A DNA stretch of 64,000 nucleotides, from positions 27,401-91,400 of the forward strand of contig JASNYX010000005.1 in assembly GCA_048499955.1 (NCBI GenBank), given 5' to 3'. The translations under genes were made by a program, and so were the position numbers. The stretch is from Patescibacteria group bacterium. GTDB taxonomy: Bacteria > Patescibacteriota > WWE3 > 2-01-FULL-39-13. The notes beneath the pieces are model-generated. The model searched no databases, was not told where the DNA came from, and was given only the letters and a program-made list of their open reading frames with translations. This document shows, one piece after another, positions 30,126 through 40,605 of this stretch (positions are counted from its first letter, which is position 1; each line of letters starts with the position of its first letter).

Positions 30126-31567
30126 TAAATCAATTCAAGCTTACCTTCTGATAAATTCAAAATCTTATTTACGCCAATGCTTTCTACGAAATATCTGTCA
30201 TGTGAAACAAGTAGTATTGCACCATCAAAGTTTTTGAGACTCTTTTCAATTACTTCCTTCGTTTCAATATCTAAGTGGTTATCAGGCTCATCAAGAATGA
30301 GTAAATCGTAATTATTATGTGCGAAAACAGCAAAGGCAAATCGCGAGCGTTCCCCGGGACTCAACTGTTTAATTCTTTTCGCAAGATTATCTTTGCTGAA
30401 CATAAATTTGCTCAAATAGCCGTAAACCTGTCCATGAAAACAACGGGTTTCATCCATAAAAGCATCAAATAAATTCATATTCGGATTGAAGTGCATCTGA
30501 GTTTGTGAAAAGTACCCCACTTTTATATTCGCGCCTAAAGAAAGGTTACCCGAAGATAGTGGCTCATTTTCTGTGATCATCTTTACTAATGTCGACTTAC
30601 CAGCACCGTTTGGACCAAATAACCAAACCTTTTCCTTTCCCCTTAATTCAAAACTAATATCTTTAAAAACCTCTTTATCGTGATAGTATTTTGAAACTTC
30701 ATCGAATCGGATCATAAGTTTCCCCTGATGTGCATTTGTATCAAAACCGAAATCTTTTATTTTATTCGCGGAATACTTTTCTTTTTTATTTCTAACTACT
30801 TCTCTTTCAATTCTTTTTTTTGCAGATTGAACTGCACGACCTCGTTTTTTACCATCCTTTATCTTCCTTGCACTAACAAGCAACTTTTCTAGCTGAGCCT
30901 TTTTTTGCATAAAAAGTTTGTATTCTTCATCCCATTTATTTATTAGTTTTAACTTCTCTTCTTTATACTTATCATAGCTTCCCGGGAAAAAATATATTCC
31001 ATTTCTTTCGATTTCCCAGATTTCATCTACGACATTGTTTAAAAATGAACGATCATGCGAAATCATAATTACGGATGCCGATAGTTTTCTTATGTACTCC
31101 TCAAACCAAAGGATCCCATCGATATCAAGGTGATTCGTCGGTTCATCAATAAATAGTACCGTTGGCTCATTTAGTAGAACCTCAATGAGTTTCACTTTCA
31201 TTTTCTGCCCTTCGCTAAGTGTATGGAGTTCCTGATATGGATCAAAATTATGGAATTTTAGTTGTGTAGCCAGAGATTCGATTTTGTAATAATCCCACTG
31301 ATGTTCAAGACAATTTTCGAGATATTCTCCAACCATCTGTCGTGAAAAGTTGAATTCTTGCGGTATATATCCGAGAGTTTCACCTTGGATTTCAAATTTC
31401 CCATCCGTCGGCTCTTCTATACCGTTAAGTAGTTTAAATAAAGTGCTTTTCCCGCATCCATTTTTACCAACCAGGCCTATTTTCTTACCTTGACCGATTT
31501 TTAAACTAATATTTTCGAATATATAACGATCATCATATTTTTTGCTAAGCTTATTAGCCGTAATCAT
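30122..31567 (-). CDS. ABC-F family ATPase
   Basis: Two ABC domains (GKNGCGKST, DEPTNHLD; GPNGAGKST, DEPDNHLD), no TMs; probable ATG 31567. Confidence 0.93.
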   Translation of the reverse strand: MITANKLSKKYDDRYIFENISLKIGQGKKIGLVGKNGCGKSTLFKLLNGIEEPTDGKFEIQGETLGYIPQEFNFSRQMVGEYLENCLEHQWDYYKIESLATQLKFHNFDPYQELHTLSEGQKMKVKLIEVLLNEPTVLFIDEPTNHLDIDGILWFEEYIRKLSASVIMISHDRSFLNNVVDEIWEIERNGIYFFPGSYDKYKEEKLKLINKWDEEYKLFMQKKAQLEKLLVSARKIKDGKKRGRAVQSAKKRIEREVVRNKKEKYSANKIKDFGFDTNAHQGKLMIRFDEVSKYYHDKEVFKDISFELRGKEKVWLFGPNGAGKSTLVKMITENEPLSSGNLSLGANIKVGYFSQTQMHFNPNMNLFDAFMDETRCFHGQVYGYLSKFMFSKDNLAKRIKQLSPGERSRFAFAVFAHNNYDLLILDEPDNHLDIETKEVIEKSLKNFDGAILLVSHDRYFVESIGVNKILNLSEGKLELIY

Positions 31568-31604
31568 TGCAACATTGTACCCTTTTATCGCCACTACAGC
31601 CAAT

Positions 31605-31644
31605 AAAGAAGGTGCGGAATTGTATTTACTCCGCACCTTCTTTT
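31605..31644. terminator. Long hairpin, probably a bidirectional terminator
   Basis: AAAGAAGGTGCGGA...TCCGCACCTTCTTT. Confidence 0.75.
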
Positions 31645-31668
31645 GCTCTGACCCCGCCTCTCGAAGAA

Positions 31669-31965
31669 TTAGATCAAATCATCTTCTTCTTGCGTGTTAC
31701 CTCTTAGGGTATCTCCGCTAGGAGTAGGATCATCGTCGTAAGCACCAACACCTTCGCTATCGATATTACGATTTTGATCGGTAGTACGATCCTGTTGCGC
31801 CTCTCCTCCGAGACGTCCAACCTCTGGTGTGTTGTTAGTGCCTTCAAACTCATTAGCTCTCTCATCTACTGCATCAAAACCCGACCTTTGACCATTCATT
31901 GTAGGGTCTCGCTCCGTATTCGTATCTGTTTCACGACCGTTACTTGTATTTCTTTTGTTTGCCAT
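31669..31965 (-). CDS. Small acidic hydrophilic (disordered) protein, stress-protein-like
   Basis: GGGGGTGA SD; D/E/N/T/R-rich; EVGRLGGE resembles a KGG motif. Confidence 0.7.
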   Translation of the reverse strand: MANKRNTSNGRETDTNTERDPTMNGQRSGFDAVDERANEFEGTNNTPEVGRLGGEAQQDRTTDQNRNIDSEGVGAYDDDPTPSGDTLRGNTQEEDDLI

Positions 31966-32120
31966 TTTAACTCACCCCCAAATATTAAAATATTTTTCCT
32001 TAACTACGCACTTTGTATATCTCAAACTTGTTGCATGGTACGTACTGTCGAACAAAGTACAGTCAGAATTAAGTAAAGTGAAAGTAAGAGATACAAAACG
32101 ATGCGAGTACTTAAATGCGA

Positions 32121-32531
32121 CTATAAGAGTATGGAGTAAATAACACCGGCTATAAGCAATGATAACGAAGGGTAAGCAAAATCAATTGCCCAAAGTTCAA
32201 GTGACTTTTTCAAAAACAGAAAACCCGGCAGAGAACTTGCTAATACGACGATACCAAGCAATATGGCTAAAAACATCCCCTGCGAAATTGATACGACCTC
32301 ATTTATTCTAAACAGAACATATAAAGCTAAAACCATTACTGTTCCGCAAATAAAACTCATGACAAACAAACGTGCCATATCTGATTTAGAAGTATTAGAT
32401 ATCTGGACTTCGTTTAGTCCGGTAAGTTTCAGCCATTTATTTCCAAATAGTATAGGCGAGTACCAAACCATTCCAAGTACAAAGTTTGCTGTCGCAGCTA
32501 AAAATACCGCTAGTAGGTGGAAAAAGTCCAT
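32121..32531 (-). CDS. DUF1761 membrane protein
   Basis: FVLGMVWYSPILFGNKW; WAIDFAY. Confidence 0.85.
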   Translation of the reverse strand: MDFFHLLAVFLAATANFVLGMVWYSPILFGNKWLKLTGLNEVQISNTSKSDMARLFVMSFICGTVMVLALYVLFRINEVVSISQGMFLAILLGIVVLASSLPGFLFLKKSLELWAIDFAYPSLSLLIAGVIYSILL

Positions 32532-32596
32532 GTTTACATGTTATAGCACCAAGGCATACTATTCAATAAATATTGCACAGGTGTATATTGGAGGTA

Positions 32597-33034
32597 ATGA
32601 ACGAAAATAAGATCTATAAAACCCTTCTGTTTCTTGCTTCTTTTGGAATACTTTTATCATTGTATTTGCTCTGGCAACAAATGTTCACTCCGGAGTTTCA
32701 GCCATGTACTATCAATAGTTGGATAAACTGCGATGCAGTTATTTCCGGAGAAGTAGCGAAGACGCTAGGAATTCCCACTCCGCTCTACGGCCTAATCGGT
32801 TATGTTGTAATCCTTTTTGCAGCATTTAAACGTATGCCCAAACTTTTGTTAGGTATATCCGCCTTCGGATTGCTTTTTTGTTTGTATATTGCGGTAGTCG
32901 AGCTGGTTTTCTTGAGAGTTATTTGCCCGGTTTGTATCGGATGTCAGATCACTATGATCTGGGTTTTTGCACTAAGCATTTTGGTTTTCCAAAAATCTAA
33001 AAATATTGATAGTGCCGACGAATCAGAGAACTAA
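32597..33034 (+). CDS. Vitamin K epoxide reductase (VKOR) family
   Basis: C..C loop pair, GIP..LYG, ICPVC; GGAGG upstream of the ATG. Confidence 0.9.
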   Translation: MNENKIYKTLLFLASFGILLSLYLLWQQMFTPEFQPCTINSWINCDAVISGEVAKTLGIPTPLYGLIGYVVILFAAFKRMPKLLLGISAFGLLFCLYIAVVELVFLRVICPVCIGCQITMIWVFALSILVFQKSKNIDSADESEN

Positions 33035-33719
33035 CCAGCTCGTCATACATATAACCTCGGAGAAAGTTTTGGTTGGCTTCCATAATGTGACGGGAATATT
33101 TCCTGTAATCCGGGACCTCTTTTAGCCATAGCAAACCTTGGTCAAGCTGAACAATTTGATCTGACTCATCAATAACGAGATTACATGAAACGCGAAAGTC
33201 AGGTTTTAGCTCATCAGGGTATACCCTCAATGGTAGATTATCAATAAGATATGCTTTAAAAGCCTCAAGTCCACACAGATCCAAACTACATCCTTCTCTT
33301 TCTGTCATCAGCCTTGAAACCTCAGTTAGAGATAAAAACGATGCCGCCAACCTCTCAGAATTTAATAGATCGTAATATCGAAGTTCCCTCGCATTATTAA
33401 CATAAGCTCCCACAACAACCCCAGTATTATAAGAAGGTACCGGGATTACGTATGAATAAGGAATGGGTACTCCGTACTCATAATTTAGATCAACTTCTCT
33501 TTTCAAAAGATCAGAGGAAACTCTTCCTCCATAAATATTTGGCTTTGATACCTTCAATACAAATGGAGGCCTAGAAGAACCATCACTTAGTGTATATACA
33601 TTACAAAAGTATCCTCCACCCAAAAATTGACAGCATTCTGCAACTCCGTCTCCTAGAGCTTCTTGTATAATAAGGATATCTTCATTTTGACATAATGTTT
33701 CAGGATTAAGGTTGTTCAT
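32997..33719 (-). CDS. Atypical protein-kinase-like protein
   Basis: LGGGYFCNVY Gly loop, VLKVSK, REV helix, D...NLVI, QLDQG. Confidence 0.55.
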   Translation of the reverse strand: MNNLNPETLCQNEDILIIQEALGDGVAECCQFLGGGYFCNVYTLSDGSSRPPFVLKVSKPNIYGGRVSSDLLKREVDLNYEYGVPIPYSYVIPVPSYNTGVVVGAYVNNARELRYYDLLNSERLAASFLSLTEVSRLMTEREGCSLDLCGLEAFKAYLIDNLPLRVYPDELKPDFRVSCNLVIDESDQIVQLDQGLLWLKEVPDYRKYSRHIMEANQNFLRGYMYDELVSSLIRRHYQYF

Positions 33720-33816
33720 TCGGAATAGTATATGCAGTGTCCCTTTGAGGCGGGCTTTTCAGAAGAAGCTCAGCAATTCGTTATATTTTATAACAATAAT
33801 TTGATAAAATCATTAT

Positions 33817-35244
33817 ATGTCAAAAAAGCTACTCCCTGCAAAGAAATCAAATCTAAGCGAATGGTATACGGCATTGATCCAACATGCCAAATTAGCAGAC
33901 TACTCTCCGGTAAAAGGATGTATGGTTATTAGACCAAATGGATATGAAATATGGGAAATGGTTCAAAAAAGACTTGATGAGCTAATAAAAGATTTAGACT
34001 GTAGAAACGCTTATTTCCCGCTATTTATCCCCTACTCTTTTCTACAAAAGGAAAAAGACCATATAGAAGGATTCTCTCCTGAATTAGCGATAGTCACAGT
34101 TGCAGGAGGCGAAAAACTCGAAGAAAACCTGGTCGTTAGGCCTACTTCAGAAACCATTATGTATGATATGTACAGCAAATGGCTAAATTCTTATAGAGAT
34201 CTCCCAATAAAGATCAATCAATGGAATAACGTCGTACGATGGGAAAAACGCACATATTTCTTTCTACGAACAACAGAATTTCTATGGCAGGAAGGCCATA
34301 CAGCTCATGCCACACACGAAGAATCGTGGCAGATGGTTCTGGATGCCCTAGATGCATACGAGAAGATCATGCATGAGTATTTGGCGGTTCCGGTTGTTAA
34401 AGGCAGAAAAAGTAACAAAGAAAAATTCGCAGGAGCAGATGTAACGACAACCATTGAGTCAATAATGCCGGATGGAAAAGCTCTCCAAGCAGGAACCAGT
34501 CACGATTTGGGTCAGAATTTTTCCAAAAAAGAATCATTTAATATTGCGTACCAGAATGAAAAAGGTGAAATGGATTATGTGTGGCAAGTCAGCTTCGGAC
34601 TTTCAACTCGCGTCATGGGGGCGTTAATAATGACTCATGGAGATGACGACGGCATGGTAATTCCACCAAGAATAGCACCGACACAGGTATCAATAATTAC
34701 TGTGAATAATTCAGAGGCACAACTAAAATTTGCCTCAGAACTACAGACACAACTAAAACAACTTGGAGTGAGAACACGAATGGTAAAAGACAATCAACAT
34801 TCGTTAGGTTGGATGTTAAACGAACTTGAACTCGAAGGAATCCCAATTGTAATAGTTATCGGCGACAAAGAAATTTCAGATGAATCGATTACTTTAAATA
34901 TTAGACATAATAAAACCAAAGAGAAAATATCTTCCAATGAAATATCAAAAATTCCTGAAATACTGGAAAACATACAAAAACTCATGTATGAAAAAGCTCA
35001 AAAACTAAAAACAGACCTAACTTTTGAACCCGCAAATTATGAGGAATTTAAAAAAATCATGAGTACCACTCGCGGATATTTAAGTTCCTATTGGTGTGAA
35101 TCTGAGAAATGTGAAACAAAAATTAAAGAAGAAACAAAAGCTACAATACGATGCCTGCCTTTAGATCAAAGTGGTCCGGAGGGCGAATGCATTTATTGTG
35201 GTAAAAAAGCGAAAAATAAGTGGCTATTCGCCCAAGCATATTAA
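33817..35244 (+). CDS. proS: Prolyl-tRNA synthetase, archaeal/eukaryote type
   Basis: RPTSET, FLRTTEFLWQEGHT, QAGTSHDLGQNF, C-terminal Zn domain ending FAQAY. Confidence 0.97.
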   Translation: MSKKLLPAKKSNLSEWYTALIQHAKLADYSPVKGCMVIRPNGYEIWEMVQKRLDELIKDLDCRNAYFPLFIPYSFLQKEKDHIEGFSPELAIVTVAGGEKLEENLVVRPTSETIMYDMYSKWLNSYRDLPIKINQWNNVVRWEKRTYFFLRTTEFLWQEGHTAHATHEESWQMVLDALDAYEKIMHEYLAVPVVKGRKSNKEKFAGADVTTTIESIMPDGKALQAGTSHDLGQNFSKKESFNIAYQNEKGEMDYVWQVSFGLSTRVMGALIMTHGDDDGMVIPPRIAPTQVSIITVNNSEAQLKFASELQTQLKQLGVRTRMVKDNQHSLGWMLNELELEGIPIVIVIGDKEISDESITLNIRHNKTKEKISSNEISKIPEILENIQKLMYEKAQKLKTDLTFEPANYEEFKKIMSTTRGYLSSYWCESEKCETKIKEETKATIRCLPLDQSGPEGECIYCGKKAKNKWLFAQAY

Positions 35245-35288
35245 TATGCAAGCCAGTTTATTTTATTTGTAAGAATGATATATCAAAT

Positions 35289-35837
35289 ATGTTAAAGCCA
35301 ATATTGTTAGGAACGATGATAATAGTAATTGCTGGGGCAACTTTCCTGTTTTTGAGAAATACGGAAGATGTTCCAAGCACAACGCTATACAACCCATCTG
35401 AGAATCAAAACACTACCGGAGTAGTAGACGGAAAAGTACCGGACATTACTGAACCGGATAATTCACAAACTTTATATAATGGGAAAATCTTATCGAATAG
35501 CCTATCCCCTTATATTGAATTTAACCAATTAGATTATGAAAATGCTTTGAATTCAGACAAGCTAATTTATTTAGAATTTTACGCAGACTGGTGCCCTATT
35601 TGCCGTGCACAAGAACCACAAATTATCAGCGGCATGCAAATGCTTGATGACCCAAACATAATCGGATTTAGAGTAAATTACAAAGATGATCAAACTGACG
35701 AAGACGAGAAATCTTTAGCTGAAGCGTTTAACGTGAAATACCAACACACCAAAGTTGTACTTAAAAACGGGAAACCGGTATATAACATTTTAGAGGTTTG
35801 GAATAAAAATAAGCTTATTTCAACCCTAAAGGAATGA
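35289..35837 (+). CDS. Membrane-anchored thioredoxin
   Basis: FYADWCPIC; N-terminal TM. Confidence 0.88.
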   Translation: MLKPILLGTMIIVIAGATFLFLRNTEDVPSTTLYNPSENQNTTGVVDGKVPDITEPDNSQTLYNGKILSNSLSPYIEFNQLDYENALNSDKLIYLEFYADWCPICRAQEPQIISGMQMLDDPNIIGFRVNYKDDQTDEDEKSLAEAFNVKYQHTKVVLKNGKPVYNILEVWNKNKLISTLKE

Positions 35838-37600
35838 TACTTTATCTATTTGCATTCTTATCAGGGCTCGCAACAATTCTCGCACCGTGCATTTGGCCTA
35901 TATTACCAATTCTTTTTATTTCCTCTGATGGGGGTAAAAGAAAACCGTTGGGTCTCAGCTTAGGAATAGTAACCAGCTTTGCACTTATAACTATATTACT
36001 TTCCTCGATACTTTCGTATTTTTCAGTAAATTTTGATGTCAGTGTTATAAGACCGGCAGCTACAATATTTCTCGCTTTACTGGGTATTACATTTGTAATT
36101 CCTGCCTTAAGCACCAGATTTGAATTTTTCGTGAGCAAGCTTATAGGAAAATCATCAAATGTAGATTTGACTAAAAATAAGTCAGGCTTTATTTCAGGTT
36201 TCACAACGGGATTGGCTCTCGGCACGTTGTGGTCACCATGTGCAGGACCAATTCTAGCTGCGATTTCTGTATTAGTAGGTACACATAATCTTAATACTGA
36301 AGTTTTAATGCTTATACTTGCATACTCACTTGGAGTTGGCTTACCTCTTTTTGGATTTACTTTATTTGGTCAAAAATTTATAAAACGATCAACATTTATC
36401 TCGAAATATACAGATACAATTCAAAGAATATTCGGAATATTAATTATACTACTTGCACTTGCGATATACACCGATTATGACAAAAAGGCACAAGCTTGGT
36501 TCCTAGACCAAGTACCCGGGTACTCAAAACTCATCTATCTTCTGGAATTAAATGAAACAGTAACAAAAGAATTGGACAAACTAAATCCGCCAAGAAACCA
36601 AATAAATGTATTGCCTACGGATGGAAACAGTTCTCAACAAAATACTTTAAGGCTTCCAAGTTATGGAAAATCTCGGGAAATAACCGGGATCACAAATTGG
36701 ATAAATTCCGAACCATTAACGATCGAACAACTAAAGGGGAATGTCGTTTTGATTGATTTTTGGACATACACATGTATTAACTGCATAAGAACTTTGCCTC
36801 ATTTAAACTCATGGCATGAAAAATACAAAGATAACGGACTAACCATAGTAGGCGTTCATAGCCCGGAGTTCCAATTTGAAAAAAGTACGGAAAATGTTCT
36901 GAAAGCGACTCAAAGATACTCTATTGAGTATCCGGTTGCTCAAGATAATAATTTTGAAACCTGGAAAAATTTCGACAATAAATATTGGCCAGCACACTAC
37001 TTAATCGATGCAGAGGGAAATATCCGCATGGTACATTTCGGCGAAGGAAAATACGAGGAGTTAGAAACTGCAATACAAGAACTTTTAAAGGAAGGGGGCA
37101 ACACAGATATGCCTAAACACACAATACAACCACAACCAACCCAGAGATTCACAGCACAAACACCTGAGACCTATTTAGGTTTACTAAGAATGGAAAGATA
37201 CTCCGGAAGAGGCCGTCCACGAGAAATCGGTACCCAAAACTTTGAACCTACAGAAGATTCAATCTTGCTTGATCACATAAGATTCGAGGGCACTTGGAAC
37301 ATTCAACTCGAATACTCCGAATCTGTAAGAAACTCAATTCTAAAATTGTCATTTCAAGGTCGCAAAGTTTTTCTGGTAATGACTCCAAAATCTCCCGGAC
37401 AGAAGGTAAAAGTTTCAATGAATGATACGGACCTAACAATTGAAAACTCCGGAGAAGACGTAATCGATTCCGTAATCACTCTCGACTCAGAACGGCTATA
37501 CACAATCATTGATCAGGAAAACTACAATTTCACTATAAAAGAAATAACACTAGAGCTGGATCCCGGAATCAAAGTTTATGCATTCACTTTTGGAAATTAG
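35834..37600 (+). CDS. dipZ: CcdA-thioredoxin fusion (DipZ-like)
   Basis: APCIWP and WSPCAGP; DFWTYTCINC; TPETYLG; YAFTFG. Confidence 0.9.
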   Translation: MILYLFAFLSGLATILAPCIWPILPILFISSDGGKRKPLGLSLGIVTSFALITILLSSILSYFSVNFDVSVIRPAATIFLALLGITFVIPALSTRFEFFVSKLIGKSSNVDLTKNKSGFISGFTTGLALGTLWSPCAGPILAAISVLVGTHNLNTEVLMLILAYSLGVGLPLFGFTLFGQKFIKRSTFISKYTDTIQRIFGILIILLALAIYTDYDKKAQAWFLDQVPGYSKLIYLLELNETVTKELDKLNPPRNQINVLPTDGNSSQQNTLRLPSYGKSREITGITNWINSEPLTIEQLKGNVVLIDFWTYTCINCIRTLPHLNSWHEKYKDNGLTIVGVHSPEFQFEKSTENVLKATQRYSIEYPVAQDNNFETWKNFDNKYWPAHYLIDAEGNIRMVHFGEGKYEELETAIQELLKEGGNTDMPKHTIQPQPTQRFTAQTPETYLGLLRMERYSGRGRPREIGTQNFEPTEDSILLDHIRFEGTWNIQLEYSESVRNSILKLSFQGRKVFLVMTPKSPGQKVKVSMNDTDLTIENSGEDVIDSVITLDSERLYTIIDQENYNFTIKEITLELDPGIKVYAFTFGN

Positions 37601-37618
37601 TAGGTGGCCGGGTTCAAC

Positions 37619-37987
37619 TTAATCTTTAGTTTCGAGGTATTTTTTCACTTTATCTAATAGCTCATCAAGGTCGAACGGCTTGAGCATATAATCATCAGCA
37701 CCACATTGAGAGGCCATATTTTCGACTTCAGTTGTAGCTGAAATTAAGATCACAGGCATATTGCAAGTTTCCGGTTGTCTTTTTAAATATCGGCATAAAT
37801 CGCGACCATCAGAGCCCGACATCCAAACATCAAGCAATAAAAGATCAGGAAGTTTATCCTCGATCTCTCTTAAAGCGTTTCCGTCGGTTGTGGTTTCAAT
37901 CTGATATCCTTCGTCTTCCAGAATAATTCTAATTGCATCAAGTATGCCTATGTCATCATCAGCAATCATGATTTTTTTGTTTTGCAT
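37619..37987 (-). CDS. Single-domain response regulator
   Basis: IADDD, LLLDVWM, ISA, KPF. Confidence 0.93.
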   Translation of the reverse strand: MQNKKIMIADDDIGILDAIRIILEDEGYQIETTTDGNALREIEDKLPDLLLLDVWMSGSDGRDLCRYLKRQPETCNMPVILISATTEVENMASQCGADDYMLKPFDLDELLDKVKKYLETKD

Positions 37988-38100
37988 GGCATTAAGTTAT
38001 CCGGCAACAATATCACCGAAACATAAAGGGAATGTGCGTATCTCGTATAAATATAAAAGAGAAGTAGAAGCAAGTACTTCTATATCTCTATACATTTCAC

Positions 38101-40251
38101 TCATTCTACACCAGGAAGTGTAAAAGAGAAAACAGAACCTTTACCTTCTTCACTGTCTACCCAGATATGTCCTCCTTGCCTTTCGATGATTTCCTTAGAT
38201 ATAAACAAACCCAAACCTAAGCCCCCAAAAGTAGAACCCGAAATGCCTCCGACTCTATAAAATCTATCGAAAATTTTTAATTGGTCATCAATGGGAATAC
38301 CAATTCCCAAGTCTTTAATTGCGACTTTTACCATCTTTTCCTTGCGTACAACTTCTACTGTGACTTCTGTCGAGTCCGGAGAGTATTTAACAGCATTGGA
38401 AATTAAATTAACAAGGACTTGAGATGTTCGATCTTTGTCGGCATAAACACTTGTTCCGGATTCCCCAACAATCCTAATTTTATGAGTCGATGATATTCTT
38501 TGCATTTCTTCAACGACTTCAGCAACTAAAGCATCAATCGAAATTTTCTCCATATTGAAACTTAATGTGCCACCTTCCATACGAGTCGTATCAAGTAACT
38601 CCCGAATCAATTTTGTTAAACGATCGATTTGGAGATTCATTTTGTCTAGTAGTCCGGCAGAGATTTCATCGCCCCTATCGCTAAATCGTTTATGAAGAAT
38701 TTGGGCATACGCTTTCACGCTAGTTACAGGAGTTTTTAATTCATGAGAAGCAATTCCGATGAACTCTTCTTTTTGCTTCTCAAGCTTTTTCAGTTCAGTA
38801 ATATTAGCACTTGACATCACGACTCCATGATTTGGAAATGCCAAACGACTGGCATACATTAAAAACCAATAATTTTTACCTTCCTTTTCTAACGTGTATT
38901 CAATTGTAAACTCAGAATTGTCATTGTTTAAAATAGACCTTATACCTTCCACAATAGATTCATATTGCTTTCTTGAAACCTCATCCTCAGATATGTTCAT
39001 GAATTTATTTGCTTCTGAGATGTAATTTCCTTTCAAAAAGCTAGTTCCGAAGAATCTTTTCCAGGTTCGATTCACGCGGATAATTTCACCATTCTCATCT
39101 AAAACAGCTACCATAGAATTCATACTGTTTAAGATTGAGTCTTTTAGGCTTTCGCTCTTTATGAGAGCATCTCGTGAGTTTCTGATTTCAGATGTCCGTT
39201 GCTCACTTACTTCTCTCGACATAATCTGATTTCTCATATTTATGAAAGTTAATAGAGACATCAAGAACCCTAATAAAACGATAAGCGGAATAAACCGGCG
39301 GTCAGAGCCTCCAAAGAAAGACGGCGTCGTAGTGAGTTCGACTGTCCAAAAATGCCCTTCAACCGGAACAATAACAGTTAGTGCTCTTGATCCCAGGTTT
39401 TTTCTAGCCATCTCAACCAACACCCCCATCAAGGTATCGTCGGTCTCTTTACTCTCATTTGTGAATACCAAATTTTCAGATGAAATTACTTTTCCATCAT
39501 AAATCTTTATTTGAAATTCATTGTTTTCTACAGGATCGAGTATTTTACGCATAAAATTTTGCATATGTAACGGGCTATATACAAAACCAGCAAGTTGAGT
39601 TTGACGTTCTTCTATAGTTGTCGGCATAACATCGTTTCGATATATTGGAGAATAAATTACAAAACCTTCAACTCCATCAACTAAGGTAATTTTATCGGTA
39701 GCGAAAGGAACTCCAAGATCAGCTGCACGTTGCATCGCCTTCATTAATAAAGGCTCAGAACTTAAGTCATATCCAAAATCTCTAAAACCATTCAGCTCTA
39801 ACGGCTGCAAATATGTAACGGGAAAATACTCCGAAGCAGATGACTCAGGGTGTACACGGAAAGATTCTCCTACCATCGTGTGCATTTCAGACAAAAACAA
39901 ATCGAGTTCTTCCTGTTGGACTCTTCTTGCATAGCCAAGACCTTCGATACCGGGGAAATTGTTGCGAATCTCCATTCCCCTCGCAAAAGCTCTAAAATCG
40001 TTGTAAGTAGCATCTTGTTTAACAATGAACAACCCGGACGCAGCCCTAAGAACATTTATGTTGCTGTTTAGTGCTGAGGACATCTCATCTTCTATATAAC
40101 GTATAAAGGTATTGAAACGGATAGAATCTTTTTCTTCAGCGTTATACCAAACATATATAGTCGTCATCACGGTAATCAAAAACCCGGCGACTAGAACAAA
40201 ATAGGCCGGAAATAGTTTCTTTGTAAATATTCGTGTAAATTTTAATGCCAT
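38101..40251 (-). CDS. CHASE-PAS sensor histidine kinase
   Basis: CHASE (YFPVTYLQP, GYDL), PAS, ASHELKTP, NLISNAVKYS, GLGLGL. Confidence 0.92.
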   Translation of the reverse strand: MALKFTRIFTKKLFPAYFVLVAGFLITVMTTIYVWYNAEEKDSIRFNTFIRYIEDEMSSALNSNINVLRAASGLFIVKQDATYNDFRAFARGMEIRNNFPGIEGLGYARRVQQEELDLFLSEMHTMVGESFRVHPESSASEYFPVTYLQPLELNGFRDFGYDLSSEPLLMKAMQRAADLGVPFATDKITLVDGVEGFVIYSPIYRNDVMPTTIEERQTQLAGFVYSPLHMQNFMRKILDPVENNEFQIKIYDGKVISSENLVFTNESKETDDTLMGVLVEMARKNLGSRALTVIVPVEGHFWTVELTTTPSFFGGSDRRFIPLIVLLGFLMSLLTFINMRNQIMSREVSEQRTSEIRNSRDALIKSESLKDSILNSMNSMVAVLDENGEIIRVNRTWKRFFGTSFLKGNYISEANKFMNISEDEVSRKQYESIVEGIRSILNNDNSEFTIEYTLEKEGKNYWFLMYASRLAFPNHGVVMSSANITELKKLEKQKEEFIGIASHELKTPVTSVKAYAQILHKRFSDRGDEISAGLLDKMNLQIDRLTKLIRELLDTTRMEGGTLSFNMEKISIDALVAEVVEEMQRISSTHKIRIVGESGTSVYADKDRTSQVLVNLISNAVKYSPDSTEVTVEVVRKEKMVKVAIKDLGIGIPIDDQLKIFDRFYRVGGISGSTFGGLGLGLFISKEIIERQGGHIWVDSEEGKGSVFSFTLPGVE

Positions 40252-40344
40252 GCTCGAATTTATTATATCAGCTAACTAATTAGCCAATTGAAGACTTTAA
40301 GGAAAGCTATGGACTTCAATTCATGTTCGTATTATATTCGGGTC

Positions 40345-40605
40345 ATGATAATGAACATCAACGAGCCGGTTTCGGTCACGCTTATATACAATGGGGATTT
40401 GAGGAAAATAAAGATTTCATCTTTGAAGTGGAGAAATCGCATATACGCAGTGAATGCAATAGACCTCCATCACTACTACCGAAAAGGAGAAACTCTCTTA
40501 CATGTCTTCTCAATTTCTACAAGAGATTTATATTTTCGCCTTTTGTTTAATACTAATAACCTTTCGTGGATAGTTGAACAAATCGCTGATGGTAAACCGG
40601 AATAA
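40345..40605 (+). CDS. Small DinB-associated protein (DUF6504-like)
   Basis: LKWRNRIY...HVFSI...FRLLF....W; overlaps the dinB start. Confidence 0.6.
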   Translation: MIMNINEPVSVTLIYNGDLRKIKISSLKWRNRIYAVNAIDLHHYYRKGETLLHVFSISTRDLYFRLLFNTNNLSWIVEQIADGKPE

